Source: an uncultured Bacilli bacterium (GTDB lineage: Bacteria; Bacillota_I; Bacilli_A; RF39; UBA660). From it: a DNA stretch of 64,000 nt. The stretch is taken from positions 14,151 through 78,150 of the forward strand of contig CANRNY010000002.1 in NCBI GenBank assembly GCA_947632085.1, in the 5' to 3' direction. Below the pieces are notes generated by a model. It had not been told where the DNA came from, searched no databases, and was given only the letters and a program-made list of their open reading frames with translations. The position numbers and the translations under genes were made by a program. Below, piece by piece: positions 1 through 9,561 of the stretch; position 1 is the first letter of the stretch; every line of letters begins with the position of its first letter.

Positions 1-1
1 A

Positions 2-130
2 TTATATTCATTTGTTAATGGTTTAGTTAAGAAGAGATTAAAAGATAAAAATTTACCAATTGATTCTAAAGATTATAATAATTTATTATATGTTGATGAG
101 AAGACAGGTAAATTAGTTTATGAAAAATAA
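2..130 (+). CDS. 3' end of an ORF entering from upstream (product unknown)
   Basis: Frame is open from the window edge and ends ...DEKTGKLVYEK with TAA 128-130. A hairpin plus T-run follows directly. Confidence 0.4.
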   Translation, partial: LYSFVNGLVKKRLKDKNLPIDSKDYNNLLYVDEKTGKLVYEK

Positions 131-153
131 AGATATTTAATATATCTTTTTTT
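130..153 (+). terminator. Rho-independent terminator
   Basis: Stem AAGATAT (130-136) / ATATCTT (142-148), 5-nt loop, T-run to 153. Confidence 0.6.
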
Positions 154-181
154 CTTGGTATAATTTTATTAGGTGATAATT

Positions 182-1309
182 ATGGATTATGAAAAAGTAA
201 GAAAAAATATGACAATTAGAAATAATTATCTATGTAAGATGGCAACTAAAGATAGTGAAGCATTTCGCTTTAAGGAAGTTAAAGATAATGATTTTAGAAC
301 ACCTTTTTTTAGAGATATAGATCGTATTGTTTATTCTTTATCATATACGAGATATATGGATAAGACACAGGTATTTAGTTTTAATGATAATGATAATATA
401 AGTAAACGTATGACCCATGTGCAGATGGTTAGTAAAATAGCAAGAACGATAGGGCGTGCATTAGGGTTAAATGAAGATTTAATAGAAGCAGCAGCTTTAG
501 GACATGATTTAGGTCATGTACCTTTTGGACATGCGGGAGAAAGAATTTTAAATGAAATAAGTTTAAATAATGGGGAAGGTTATTTTAATCACAATGTTCA
601 AAGTGTTAGAACTTTAATGACTTTAGAGAATAATGGTAAGGGTAGTAATATAACATTACAAGTATTAGATGCAATAATGTGCCATAATGGAGAATTAGAG
701 TTAGAAGAGTATCGTCCACGTAAGAAAGATAAAGACACATTTTTAAAAGAATATGAAGAAACATATAAAGATAAAGATATGATTAAAAAGTTAGTTCCAA
801 TGACTTTAGAAGGTTGTGTCGTAAGAGTAAGTGATATTATTGCTTATATTGGAAGAGATATTGAAGATGCAATAAGAATGAAGATTATTAATCCTGATGA
901 AATACCTAAAGAAATATCTGATGTTTTAGGATTAACTAATCGTGAAATAATTAATACAATTATAAATGATTTAGTAAGTAATAGTTTAGATAAAGATTAT
1001 TTAAAACTAAGTAATAATATTTTTCAAGCGATAAAGAGTTTAAAACAATTTAATTATGAACATATTTATGCTAAAGCTAATAGTAAGGAAATGTTAGATT
1101 TATATGAGGATATGTTTAATAAAGTATTTACTAATTGTTTAAATGATATAAAGACCAATAATAAAGAAGGCCATATATTTACTATTTTCTTAAATGATAT
1201 GACTGATGATTATTTAAATAATACTAGTGATGAGCGAAAAGTTATTGATTATATTGCTGGAATGACTGATGATTTTATAGTTTCTGAATATAATAGTATT
1301 ACAGATTAA
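182..1309 (+). CDS. HD-domain dGTP triphosphohydrolase-like phosphohydrolase
   Basis: HD signature 'AAALGHDLGHVPFGHAGE' and C-terminal 'VIDYIAGMTDDF', typical of the Dgt-like family. AGGTGA at 171-176 favours ATG 182 over the track's GTG 173. Confidence 0.8.
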   Translation: MDYEKVRKNMTIRNNYLCKMATKDSEAFRFKEVKDNDFRTPFFRDIDRIVYSLSYTRYMDKTQVFSFNDNDNISKRMTHVQMVSKIARTIGRALGLNEDLIEAAALGHDLGHVPFGHAGERILNEISLNNGEGYFNHNVQSVRTLMTLENNGKGSNITLQVLDAIMCHNGELELEEYRPRKKDKDTFLKEYEETYKDKDMIKKLVPMTLEGCVVRVSDIIAYIGRDIEDAIRMKIINPDEIPKEISDVLGLTNREIINTIINDLVSNSLDKDYLKLSNNIFQAIKSLKQFNYEHIYAKANSKEMLDLYEDMFNKVFTNCLNDIKTNNKEGHIFTIFLNDMTDDYLNNTSDERKVIDYIAGMTDDFIVSEYNSITD

Positions 1310-1399
1310 TAAAATTATATAAATTATAATTGATTTTAATTAATTAAAATATTATAATTTAAGTAGCGAAAAGATAGTTCGCGTAGTGAGGAGTTATTT

Positions 1400-2989
1400 A
1401 TGGAAGAACAGACAAAAGCTACTACTCCATCTCCAAAGAAAACTGATAAGGTGAAAGATAGTGGCAAGAAAGTATTAGATTCAGCAAAAGAAGGTGGCAA
1501 AACTGTAGTAGATAAAGCTACAGAGTTCTCAAAGAGGGATTTTGGTAAATTTAAAGGATTACATATAATGATAGCTTGTGGCGTTGTTGTTGTATTAATT
1601 CTATTATTAGTAGTAGGAACACTTGTTAGTGGTGGAAGTGGAGTTAAGTACCCTATTGTTTATTCAGATGATGATGGAAACTTATACTTAATGAAACCTA
1701 ATGCTAAGGATGAAGATGATGCTATTAAATTAGCAGGAGATTCTTCAAATGATGTTCATTATGCTAATACAACTGATAGATATGTTCTATTTACTAAAGA
1801 TAGCGATTTATATTTATATGATTCTAAAGCTAAAGAAGAAACTAAGAAAATTATTTCTGACGTTGATGAAGCTTACTTCACAGAAGATGATAAATATATA
1901 ATAGCAACTGATAGTGATAACAATCTATATTCTTATAACTTTAAGAAAGATAAAGAAAGATTAGATACTGATGTATCAAGTATTTATGATTTCGATAATA
2001 ATCGTGTTGTATATGAAAAAGATGGTAGTGTTTATGTAAGAAGTATAAATGCTAAAAAAGATGATAGAAATAAAGTAACTGATGAATATAATAGTGCTTT
2101 ACAATTAAGTGAAGATGGTAAGACGATTACTTATATTGATGATGATTATACATTAATGGTTTATAATATTAGTAAAAAAGAAAATAATAAAATTGCTAGT
2201 GATGTTTCTTCATATTCATGTGAAGGATCTGAATCTTGTAAAAACTTATATTATATAGTTACTGATGATGAAAAAGACCTATATTACTATAATGGTAAAG
2301 AAGGTACAAAAGTTGCATCTGATATTGCTTCTCTTTATGCTACTGATGCTAAAGAACAAAAAGCTGTTTATACCGTTGCTGATGGTGATGAATATACTTT
2401 ATATTATCAAAAAGGAACAAAAGACGCTGCTAAAGTTGAAGATGGATTAGAAAGTGTTAGAGGAGTATTATTCTTTGAATCTAAAGAAATATATTATCTA
2501 ACTGGTGATAATGAAATTAAATATGCTAAAGTTAGCGGAAATAAAGTTGGCGATGTTAAATCTGTAGTTGACGATGTTGAAACAGTAGAAGAAACTAAAA
2601 ATGGATATGTATTTATTGCTGATGTTGATGATGATGAAAACGGAACACTTTATATAGCTCAAGGTGGAAAAGCTAAAGAAATAGCTGATGATGTTTATAG
2701 TTATAAATTAAATGTAGGTAAAGATGGTAAGAAAGTTTATTACTTACAAGACTTTAAAACTACTGGTGATTTATATGTAACATCTGGTGGTAAAGGTAAA
2801 AAAATTGAATCTGATGTTCGTTCTTATGTAGTAGTAAATCCTAACTTGATTTATTTATTAAAAGATTATAGTAGCTCTAAATCTAGAGGAGACTTATATA
2901 GATCTAATGGAAGTAAATCAGTTAAATTAACAGAAAATGTTAGTGGAATTTATACTAATATGAATGTTGGTTATGACCCAGAAAAATAA
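1400..2989 (+). CDS. Membrane-anchored protein with repeated beta-propeller-like blades (TolB/DUF5050-like), function unknown
   Basis: Lys-rich N-terminus, one TM 'LHIMIACGVVVVLILLLVVGTLV', then at least 10 recurrences of a 'D..LY.Y....K' blade-like motif (DGNLYLMKPN, DSDLYLYDSK, DNNLYSYNFK, EKDLYYYNGK, GTLYIAQGGK, GDLYVTSGGK...). GAGGAG RBS present. Confidence 0.6.
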   Translation: MEEQTKATTPSPKKTDKVKDSGKKVLDSAKEGGKTVVDKATEFSKRDFGKFKGLHIMIACGVVVVLILLLVVGTLVSGGSGVKYPIVYSDDDGNLYLMKPNAKDEDDAIKLAGDSSNDVHYANTTDRYVLFTKDSDLYLYDSKAKEETKKIISDVDEAYFTEDDKYIIATDSDNNLYSYNFKKDKERLDTDVSSIYDFDNNRVVYEKDGSVYVRSINAKKDDRNKVTDEYNSALQLSEDGKTITYIDDDYTLMVYNISKKENNKIASDVSSYSCEGSESCKNLYYIVTDDEKDLYYYNGKEGTKVASDIASLYATDAKEQKAVYTVADGDEYTLYYQKGTKDAAKVEDGLESVRGVLFFESKEIYYLTGDNEIKYAKVSGNKVGDVKSVVDDVETVEETKNGYVFIADVDDDENGTLYIAQGGKAKEIADDVYSYKLNVGKDGKKVYYLQDFKTTGDLYVTSGGKGKKIESDVRSYVVVNPNLIYLLKDYSSSKSRGDLYRSNGSKSVKLTENVSGIYTNMNVGYDPEK

Positions 2990-3012
2990 GGTTCTCTTTG
3001 AACCTTTTTTTT
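2988..3012 (+). terminator. Rho-independent terminator
   Basis: AAGGTTC / GAACCTT stem, loop TCTTT, followed by T8. Confidence 0.7.
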
Positions 3013-3090
3013 GTAATAATAATTGTCAGAAAAAGTAGACCTAGTTTAAGGTTTACTTTTTTCATGTTATAATATAAATGGTGATGAAAA

Positions 3091-3936
3091 GTGAAATTTA
3101 CAAAAATGCATGGTTTAGGAAATGATTATATTTATATATATGAAGAGGATATAAATAAAGAAAAGAGAAATGATGAATTTTATAGTAAAATAGCTATTAA
3201 ACTATCAGATAGACATTTTGGAATTGGAGCAGATGGAATAATATTAATCAAAGAAAGTGATAAAGCAGATTTCTTTATGCAGATATATAATGCTGATGGC
3301 TCTAAGGGTGAAATGTGTGGTAATGGTATACGTTGTGTTGGTAAATATGTTTATGAAAGAGGATTAACTAATAAAAATAAATTAGCTATTGATACTTTAG
3401 CGGGAATTAAATATTTAGATTTATTAGTAGATGATAATAATAAAGTAAATGAAGTAATTGTTGATATGGGTGAACCGATGTTACATAATGGAAGTCCAGT
3501 AAGTCTTAATTGTGAACATACTTTAAAAGTAGATGATGAAGAATATCAAGTAATGGATATTTCAATGGGTAATCCACATACAATAATATATGTTCCAGAA
3601 ATAACAGATTACTTAGTATTAGAAGTAGGACCAAAGATAGAAAATAATAGTTTTTATCCGAATAGAACAAATGTAGAATTTGTTAAAGTAATAGATGATA
3701 GTACTTTAGAAATGAGAGTTTGGGAAAGAGGTAGTGGAGAGACGATGGCTTGTGGTACAGGTGCTTGCGCAGTAGCTACTTCTTATATGCTTAAACATCC
3801 AGAGGTAAAAGAAATACAAGTAAAGTTAAGGGGTGGAACTTTAAATATTAAGTGGAATAGTGATAAACATATTTTAATGCGTGGTGAAGCAACAAAAGTA
3901 TTTGACGGAGAAATAGAAGATAGTATTATAAAATAG
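3091..3936 (+). CDS. dapF: Diaminopimelate epimerase
   Basis: N-terminal 'MHGLGNDYIYI' and both catalytic-Cys motifs ('MCGNGIRC', 'MACGTGACA'). Length 281 aa; GTG start. Confidence 0.9.
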   Translation: MKFTKMHGLGNDYIYIYEEDINKEKRNDEFYSKIAIKLSDRHFGIGADGIILIKESDKADFFMQIYNADGSKGEMCGNGIRCVGKYVYERGLTNKNKLAIDTLAGIKYLDLLVDDNNKVNEVIVDMGEPMLHNGSPVSLNCEHTLKVDDEEYQVMDISMGNPHTIIYVPEITDYLVLEVGPKIENNSFYPNRTNVEFVKVIDDSTLEMRVWERGSGETMACGTGACAVATSYMLKHPEVKEIQVKLRGGTLNIKWNSDKHILMRGEATKVFDGEIEDSIIK

Positions 3937-3971
3937 TTAAATTAAGACATAATATTAGTTAGAGGTGGCAT

Positions 3972-5249
3972 ATGGAATATAAAATGTATGATTGTAAAAC
4001 TTATCGTATACATACAATAAAAACAGATAAATTTAAAAATTGTTCAATGGAAATAATGTTTAGGAATGAATTAGTTAAAGAAGAGATTACAGAAAATAAT
4101 ATGTTAGTAGATATCTTAATGCATTCTAGTAAAAAATATCCTAAAAGAAGAGATGTTTCTATTGCTTTAGAAAATCTTTATAGTACACAAATTAGAGGTG
4201 TAGCAACAAGACTTGGTAATAGTACGATGTTATCTTTTATTACTGATTTTTTAAATCCTAAATATTGCTTTGATGGATATTTAGATGAAGTAATTAATTT
4301 TTCTTTTGAAATGCTATTAAATCCTAATGTTACGGATAAAAAGTTTGACCAAAGAAGTTTTAATATAATAAAAAATAGAATTAAAAGTGATATTGAATCA
4401 TTAAAAGAAAATGCTACTAGATATGCATTTAGAAGAACATTAGATAATATGGATAGTAATAGTCCAACTAGTTATTATATGGTAGGTTATTTAGATGACT
4501 TAGAAAATATTACACCATCTACTTTATATGATACTTATAATAATGTATTAAATAATTATATATGTGATATATTTGTTATTGGTAATTTAGAGATGGATGA
4601 AGTTGTTAAGATTATTAAAAAGAAATTTACGATTAGAACTTTAAAAGAAAAAGAAATAGATTTATATGTTAATAATAAAGTAAGAAAAAAACCATTAGAT
4701 GTTTTAGAAACTGGTAAGTATGAACAAGATTCTTTTGTTATGTTATATAATCTAGTTAATTTAACTAAAAGGGAGAGAGATTTAGTTATTCATTTATATA
4801 ATATAATATTAGGTAGTGGTAGTTTAACAAGTAAATTGTATCGTTATTTAAGAGAAGAGAATTCTTTATGTTATGTAGTTTCTAGTATGTATCAAAAATA
4901 TGATGGTTTATTAATGATTTATGCAGGAATAGATAAGAAAGATAAAAATAAATGTATAAAATTAGTAGAAAAAGCACTTTTAGAAATGGAAAATGGCGAT
5001 TTTACTGATGAAGAATTTGAAAATTCGAAAAAGATGGTTATTTCTTCAATTAAAATGAGTGAAGATACTTTAGGGGGAATTATAAATAATTATTTATTTA
5101 ATTATTTAGATAATTTACCTTTATATGAAAAACGTATTGAAGAATTTAAAAAAGTAACGAAAGAAGAAGTAGTTGAATTAGCCAAGAAAGTTAAATTAAA
5201 TATTATTTACTTGTTAGGAGGAGAAGCAGATGAAAGAGATAACGCTTAA
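3972..5249 (+). CDS. M16 (pitrilysin/insulinase) family peptidase-like subunit lacking the HxxEH motif
   Basis: Length and layout match M16 partners, with no HxxEH. It overlaps the next M16 gene by 20 nt, a YmfF/YmfH-like pairing. Confidence 0.7.
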   Translation: MEYKMYDCKTYRIHTIKTDKFKNCSMEIMFRNELVKEEITENNMLVDILMHSSKKYPKRRDVSIALENLYSTQIRGVATRLGNSTMLSFITDFLNPKYCFDGYLDEVINFSFEMLLNPNVTDKKFDQRSFNIIKNRIKSDIESLKENATRYAFRRTLDNMDSNSPTSYYMVGYLDDLENITPSTLYDTYNNVLNNYICDIFVIGNLEMDEVVKIIKKKFTIRTLKEKEIDLYVNNKVRKKPLDVLETGKYEQDSFVMLYNLVNLTKRERDLVIHLYNIILGSGSLTSKLYRYLREENSLCYVVSSMYQKYDGLLMIYAGIDKKDKNKCIKLVEKALLEMENGDFTDEEFENSKKMVISSIKMSEDTLGGIINNYLFNYLDNLPLYEKRIEEFKKVTKEEVVELAKKVKLNIIYLLGGEADERDNA

Positions 5250-6513
5250 GGGAATAGATGAAAAAATCTATTATGATAAATGTGATAATGGTCTTCCTAT
5301 ATATATGGTTGTTAATGATAAAGTAAATAATTTTTATTTAACATTAAATGTTAAGTATGGATCTATTGATACAGAGTTTAAAGTTAAGGGAAGTAAAGAA
5401 TATAAAAAGGTGCATAATGGAGTAGCACATTTTTTAGAACACGTTAATTTTAATGAAGGTGATGGTGTAACAGCTCATGATTTTTATAATAATTTAGGTT
5501 CATCAATTAATGCTTTTACAACATTTGATTTTACTTCATATGAAGTATTTGCTTATGATAATTTTGAACTTAATTTAAATCATTTACTTGATTATGTGCA
5601 AAAACCTTATTTTACGAAAGAATTAATTCAAAAAGAAAAAGGTATTATTTGTGAAGAAGTAAAAATGGGAAAAAATAATCCGGGTCATAAATTATATTAT
5701 GGAATGTATAAAGCTTTATATAAGAATGATAAAAGAAAAAATTATGTAACGGGTGATATTGAAGATGTGGAAGCAACAACAGTTAAAGAATTAGAAACTG
5801 TTTATAATACTTTTTATCATCCCGCTAATATGTTTTTAGTTATTACGGGCAATTTTAATCCTAGTGAAGCAGTAGGTATTGTTAAAGAAAATCAAGCGAG
5901 AAAGAAATTCCCACAATATTTAAAACCAGTAAGAAAGAAAGTTAAAGAACCTACATCAGTTAATGTTAAGTATCAAGAAATTGAAGCTAATGTAGAAGTA
6001 CCTAAAGTTAAAATTTGTTATAAAATGCCTAAAAAGTTATTTAAGAAATACGATGAACGTTTAATAAATATTTATTTAAGTATTATTTTACGTAATAATT
6101 TTGGTTCTACTTCTTATTTACGTGAAGAATTATTAGAAAATGAATTAGTGGTTGCTATAGGTGCTAGTCGTGAAATATTTGGTGATATTGTAACATTAGA
6201 AGTTAATATGGAAACTAAGTATCCTAGTGAAGTTATTCCTAAGATAGAAGAGAAAATGCATAATTTAACTTTAGATGAAGATGATTTACAAAGAAGAATT
6301 AGATGTAATATTGCAGCTTTAATTAATGATTATGATGATATAGAGTATGTTAATTCAGATATAGCTGATCAATTGATTACTTATGGAGAAGTAGCTGATA
6401 ATATGTATGAAATATATAATAATTTGAAATTAGATGAAGCTTTAGATATTATAAAGTTACTTGATTTAAATAATTCTAGTACGATAGTTATGGTGCCATT
6501 TAAAGAAAATTAG
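5230..6513 (+). CDS. M16 family zinc peptidase (catalytic subunit)
   Basis: Inverted zincin motif 'GVAHFLEHVNF' (HxxEH) with downstream 'EEVKMGKNNP'. Translationally coupled to the preceding gene. Confidence 0.8.
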   Translation: MKEITLKGIDEKIYYDKCDNGLPIYMVVNDKVNNFYLTLNVKYGSIDTEFKVKGSKEYKKVHNGVAHFLEHVNFNEGDGVTAHDFYNNLGSSINAFTTFDFTSYEVFAYDNFELNLNHLLDYVQKPYFTKELIQKEKGIICEEVKMGKNNPGHKLYYGMYKALYKNDKRKNYVTGDIEDVEATTVKELETVYNTFYHPANMFLVITGNFNPSEAVGIVKENQARKKFPQYLKPVRKKVKEPTSVNVKYQEIEANVEVPKVKICYKMPKKLFKKYDERLINIYLSIILRNNFGSTSYLREELLENELVVAIGASREIFGDIVTLEVNMETKYPSEVIPKIEEKMHNLTLDEDDLQRRIRCNIAALINDYDDIEYVNSDIADQLITYGEVADNMYEIYNNLKLDEALDIIKLLDLNNSSTIVMVPFKEN

Positions 6514-6531
6514 AGTTTAAGAGGTAGTTAA

Positions 6532-7590
6532 ATGAAGAATAGTTATGAATTTTATTTAAAAGAATTAGGTTTAGATGAGAGCCAAGTAAAGAAAAAATAT
6601 GAACTAATATGTAAAATACAAAATGATTTAAATAATAATAGTTATGATGAAGAGGAAATAAGAAAGTTAGATTATGATAGTTTTATTATTATAATATTAG
6701 AAGATAAGATAGATTTATTTAAGAGATTAGTTTCTTTATTTCCTTATGATGATAATGGAGTAGTTAGGTATCGTTATTTAGTTGATGTTATATCACTTGG
6801 AGTTGTAGATAAAATAAAGTATAGTGATAATTTAATTGATTCAAAAGTAGTGAATGAATTATTAACAATTATTTATTATATTGATTATGATAAAGCTAAA
6901 ACAATGAGGATTCGTGATGTTTTGCCTAGACAAATATCAGGAATGGGGCATCCTGTTATATCAAAAAATGATGTTATATATTATAGTGAATTACCATTAT
7001 TACAAAGTGCTTTAGATTGTTTTGATAAAAATATTATTACAACATCTAATGATACAGAAGGTTGTTATTATGATAATCCTTCTGATGTATCTAGTAATTA
7101 TGTTGTTAATTTAATGATTAATTATGATACATTGGATGAAAATAATAAAGTTGTTGCTGATAGTTTAATTGAAAGTGGCAATGCTAGATTAACTAAATCA
7201 TTTACTGAAAATGGAGAATATGATTTAATTGTTTATGTTAAGGTAAGTCCTTTAGATACTGTTGAAGAAGTAAGTGATAGATTAATAGCTTTATTTACAA
7301 AGTTTAGTAAACAAGATATGTTATTTGGACATTTAACTCTTGATGATATAGAAAATTATATGAATAATCAAGTTGCTAATTTATCTAATGAACAGTACAA
7401 TCAAGTTTTAGATATTTTAGATAATGGTTGGAGTGATGAAAATGTTTTAAAGGCTTTAGAATATTTTCCGTTTATTTTTTATTATTATGATCCAGAAGAA
7501 AAAATTTTTTGGCAAGATGAATTTTACTGTCAATGTCATAAAAAATATTTAGCTGAGCAGCTTAATCAAGTTAATTCATTTAAGCAATAA
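6532..7590 (+). CDS. Hypothetical cytoplasmic protein
   Basis: Long ORF with RBS GAGGTAG and no TM or recognisable motif. Ends at a bidirectional terminator. Confidence 0.55.
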   Translation: MKNSYEFYLKELGLDESQVKKKYELICKIQNDLNNNSYDEEEIRKLDYDSFIIIILEDKIDLFKRLVSLFPYDDNGVVRYRYLVDVISLGVVDKIKYSDNLIDSKVVNELLTIIYYIDYDKAKTMRIRDVLPRQISGMGHPVISKNDVIYYSELPLLQSALDCFDKNIITTSNDTEGCYYDNPSDVSSNYVVNLMINYDTLDENNKVVADSLIESGNARLTKSFTENGEYDLIVYVKVSPLDTVEEVSDRLIALFTKFSKQDMLFGHLTLDDIENYMNNQVANLSNEQYNQVLDILDNGWSDENVLKALEYFPFIFYYYDPEEKIFWQDEFYCQCHKKYLAEQLNQVNSFKQ

Positions 7591-7615
7591 AAAACTCACT
7601 TTATAGTGAGTTTTT
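7590..7615. terminator. Bidirectional terminator shared by convergent genes
   Basis: AAAAACTCAC / GTGAGTTTTT stem with A-run and T-run flanks, lying between the 6532-7590 ORF and rpsD. Confidence 0.75.
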
Positions 7616-7621
7616 ATGTGA

Positions 7622-8224
7622 CTATCTGTTATAGTATTCAACGATAAGTGTTTCGTTAACATCTTGGTTAAGTTCACTTCTATCAGGTAATCTTAAATAT
7701 TTACCAGATAATTTATTTTGATCAAATTCAACATAAGCAGGACGATGAGTACAAGTTTCAACAGCTTCTTTAATTGCTGGATGTTCTAAAGAGTTTTCTT
7801 TAACAGCAATAACATCGCCAACTTTAACTTGATATGAAGGAATATTAACCTTAATACCATTTACAGTAATATGTCCATGATTAACAACTTGTCTAGCGGC
7901 TCTTCTTGTTTTAGCTAAACCTAAACGATAAACCATATTATCTAGTCTAGATTCTAGTAAGCAAAGTAAGTTGAAACCAGCTTTACCAGTCATTTTAGAA
8001 GCTTTATCAAATAGTTTATGGAATTGTTTTTCATTTAAACCATACATTAATCTGATTTTTTGTTTTTCAGCTAATTGGATACCATATTCACTTGATTTTC
8101 TTCTTTTATCATTTCCATGTGCTCCAGGAGCATAAGGACGTTTAGCTAATTCTTTACCATTTTCAAGGATTGAGAAACCTAAACGACGAGATTTTTTGTA
8201 AACAGGACCAGTATATCTTGCCAT
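7622..8224 (-). CDS. rpsD: 30S ribosomal protein S4
   Basis: '[16 protein letters not shown]...' and S4 domain '[31 protein letters not shown]'. Confidence 0.97.
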   Translation of the reverse strand: MARYTGPVYKKSRRLGFSILENGKELAKRPYAPGAHGNDKRRKSSEYGIQLAEKQKIRLMYGLNEKQFHKLFDKASKMTGKAGFNLLCLLESRLDNMVYRLGLAKTRRAARQVVNHGHITVNGIKVNIPSYQVKVGDVIAVKENSLEHPAIKEAVETCTHRPAYVEFDQNKLSGKYLRLPDRSELNQDVNETLIVEYYNR

Positions 8225-8419
8225 TATATTTTCTCCTTTCTATATATTTTTGATATATAGGATTGTTATAAAACTAAGATAGGGAGTTTATTTAGATATT
8301 TTCTCTAAGGCAGCCTTAGATACTCATATACCAATTTGGTAATAAACACATTATATAATTTTATAACGCTGCCAAATACATCGCATATTTAATTATACAT
8401 TAAATATGTAAAAAGTCAA
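8225..8419 (-). promoter_or_regulatory. rpsD promoter plus long 5' leader (candidate S4 autoregulatory leader)
   Basis: On the minus strand: TTGACT (8414-8419), 16-nt spacer, TATAAT (8392-8397). This leaves a leader of about 160 nt before the start codon. Long S4-binding leaders upstream of rpsD are known in Bacillus. Confidence 0.5.
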
Positions 8420-8426
8420 TAAATTC

Positions 8427-9359
8427 CTAGTGTAAATGCTTCTTCACTAGTTCAGAATCTTGACTGTTTTCATATGTGACATTATATATAGCTAAAAAGT
8501 CTTCAACAGTTATTTGATTATCAAATACTCTTTGGATATTGAATACCATTTCGTTTTTAACTTTTTCAGATTCATTTTTATAAATATCAAATAGTCTTAA
8601 AGCTTGTAAAGTACCTGGAATGTATATGGCTTGATCAAAGGCGACCATATTAGATGGTGTTATTGTTTTATTAGGTAGATGTTGCATGTAAAATATAATA
8701 TCTAACAAATATTTAAAACGAGCTAGTTGTGATTTTACTAAAACATCTTTATTAGAAGTTGCTTCTAAAGCAAATATCTTTTCTATTAGAATTGGTAAGA
8801 CTTCTTTATTAGTATATTCTTGAGTGATACCTTTTTGACTTTCAATTTGAGTATGAACAATTTCGTGACAATAAGTTCCACTTGAAAGAATGGAAATATT
8901 TCGACCAAGAGTAATTTTATTAAAAATGATTGGTTCTTTTTTTAAAAATTCGTCGCTATCTGTTAATAAAATACTTTTTTTAGTATCACCAATCATTGAA
9001 TGACCTTCAACAAAAGAAACTGGTAAGGCGAATGGGCTGACAGTCGAAGTTTTCTTTTTAGCTTTAGCAAGAAAATCTTCAATAGAATAAATACCTTTAT
9101 TAACAATTTTAGCGATGTCTTGTTCATCACCAGCAATCACTTTATGAAGTTTGAAACGTTGATTCATAAAACTTTGAGCCATAGTGAATACTTCTTTTCT
9201 TGGACATGAAAAAGCAGAAAAATCACCAATTTCTGGAATATCTTTTAAGGTATCAGCAATTTGGTAAATTGCTTGATTCGCAGTAATTGTAGCTCCAGCT
9301 TTTTCGTAGCCATATAATTGTAATTTCAATTTAAATTGAATATCTTTTAAATTTGTCAT
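8427..9359 (-). CDS. Hypothetical protein with HExxH zincin-like motif
   Basis: 'GTYCHEIVHTQIE' is the only recognisable motif. No signal peptide or TM. Confidence 0.55.
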   Translation of the reverse strand: MTNLKDIQFKLKLQLYGYEKAGATITANQAIYQIADTLKDIPEIGDFSAFSCPRKEVFTMAQSFMNQRFKLHKVIAGDEQDIAKIVNKGIYSIEDFLAKAKKKTSTVSPFALPVSFVEGHSMIGDTKKSILLTDSDEFLKKEPIIFNKITLGRNISILSSGTYCHEIVHTQIESQKGITQEYTNKEVLPILIEKIFALEATSNKDVLVKSQLARFKYLLDIIFYMQHLPNKTITPSNMVAFDQAIYIPGTLQALRLFDIYKNESEKVKNEMVFNIQRVFDNQITVEDFLAIYNVTYENSQDSELVKKHLH

Positions 9360-9561
9360 AAAAAATTTTTTCCTCTTTTTCTTAAATGGATATTCTATTG
9401 AAAGAATCTAATAATGTCAAATTTTAACTGATTATTAATATTAAAATGTTAATTTACAAATTAGTTAACAATTCAAATATAGTAAAATGGCGATAAAATG
9501 TATATTTTACTTTTGGTTTGTGTTATGATAATGGTGTAGTATTAGAATAGGAGGTATAGCA

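Noticed and set aside
2265-2450. 61-aa + strand ORF inside the 1400-2989 gene
   Set aside because: An alternative frame of a clearly coding region. The product is low-complexity and K/L/M-rich, as expected from AT-rich off-frame translation, and there is no RBS.
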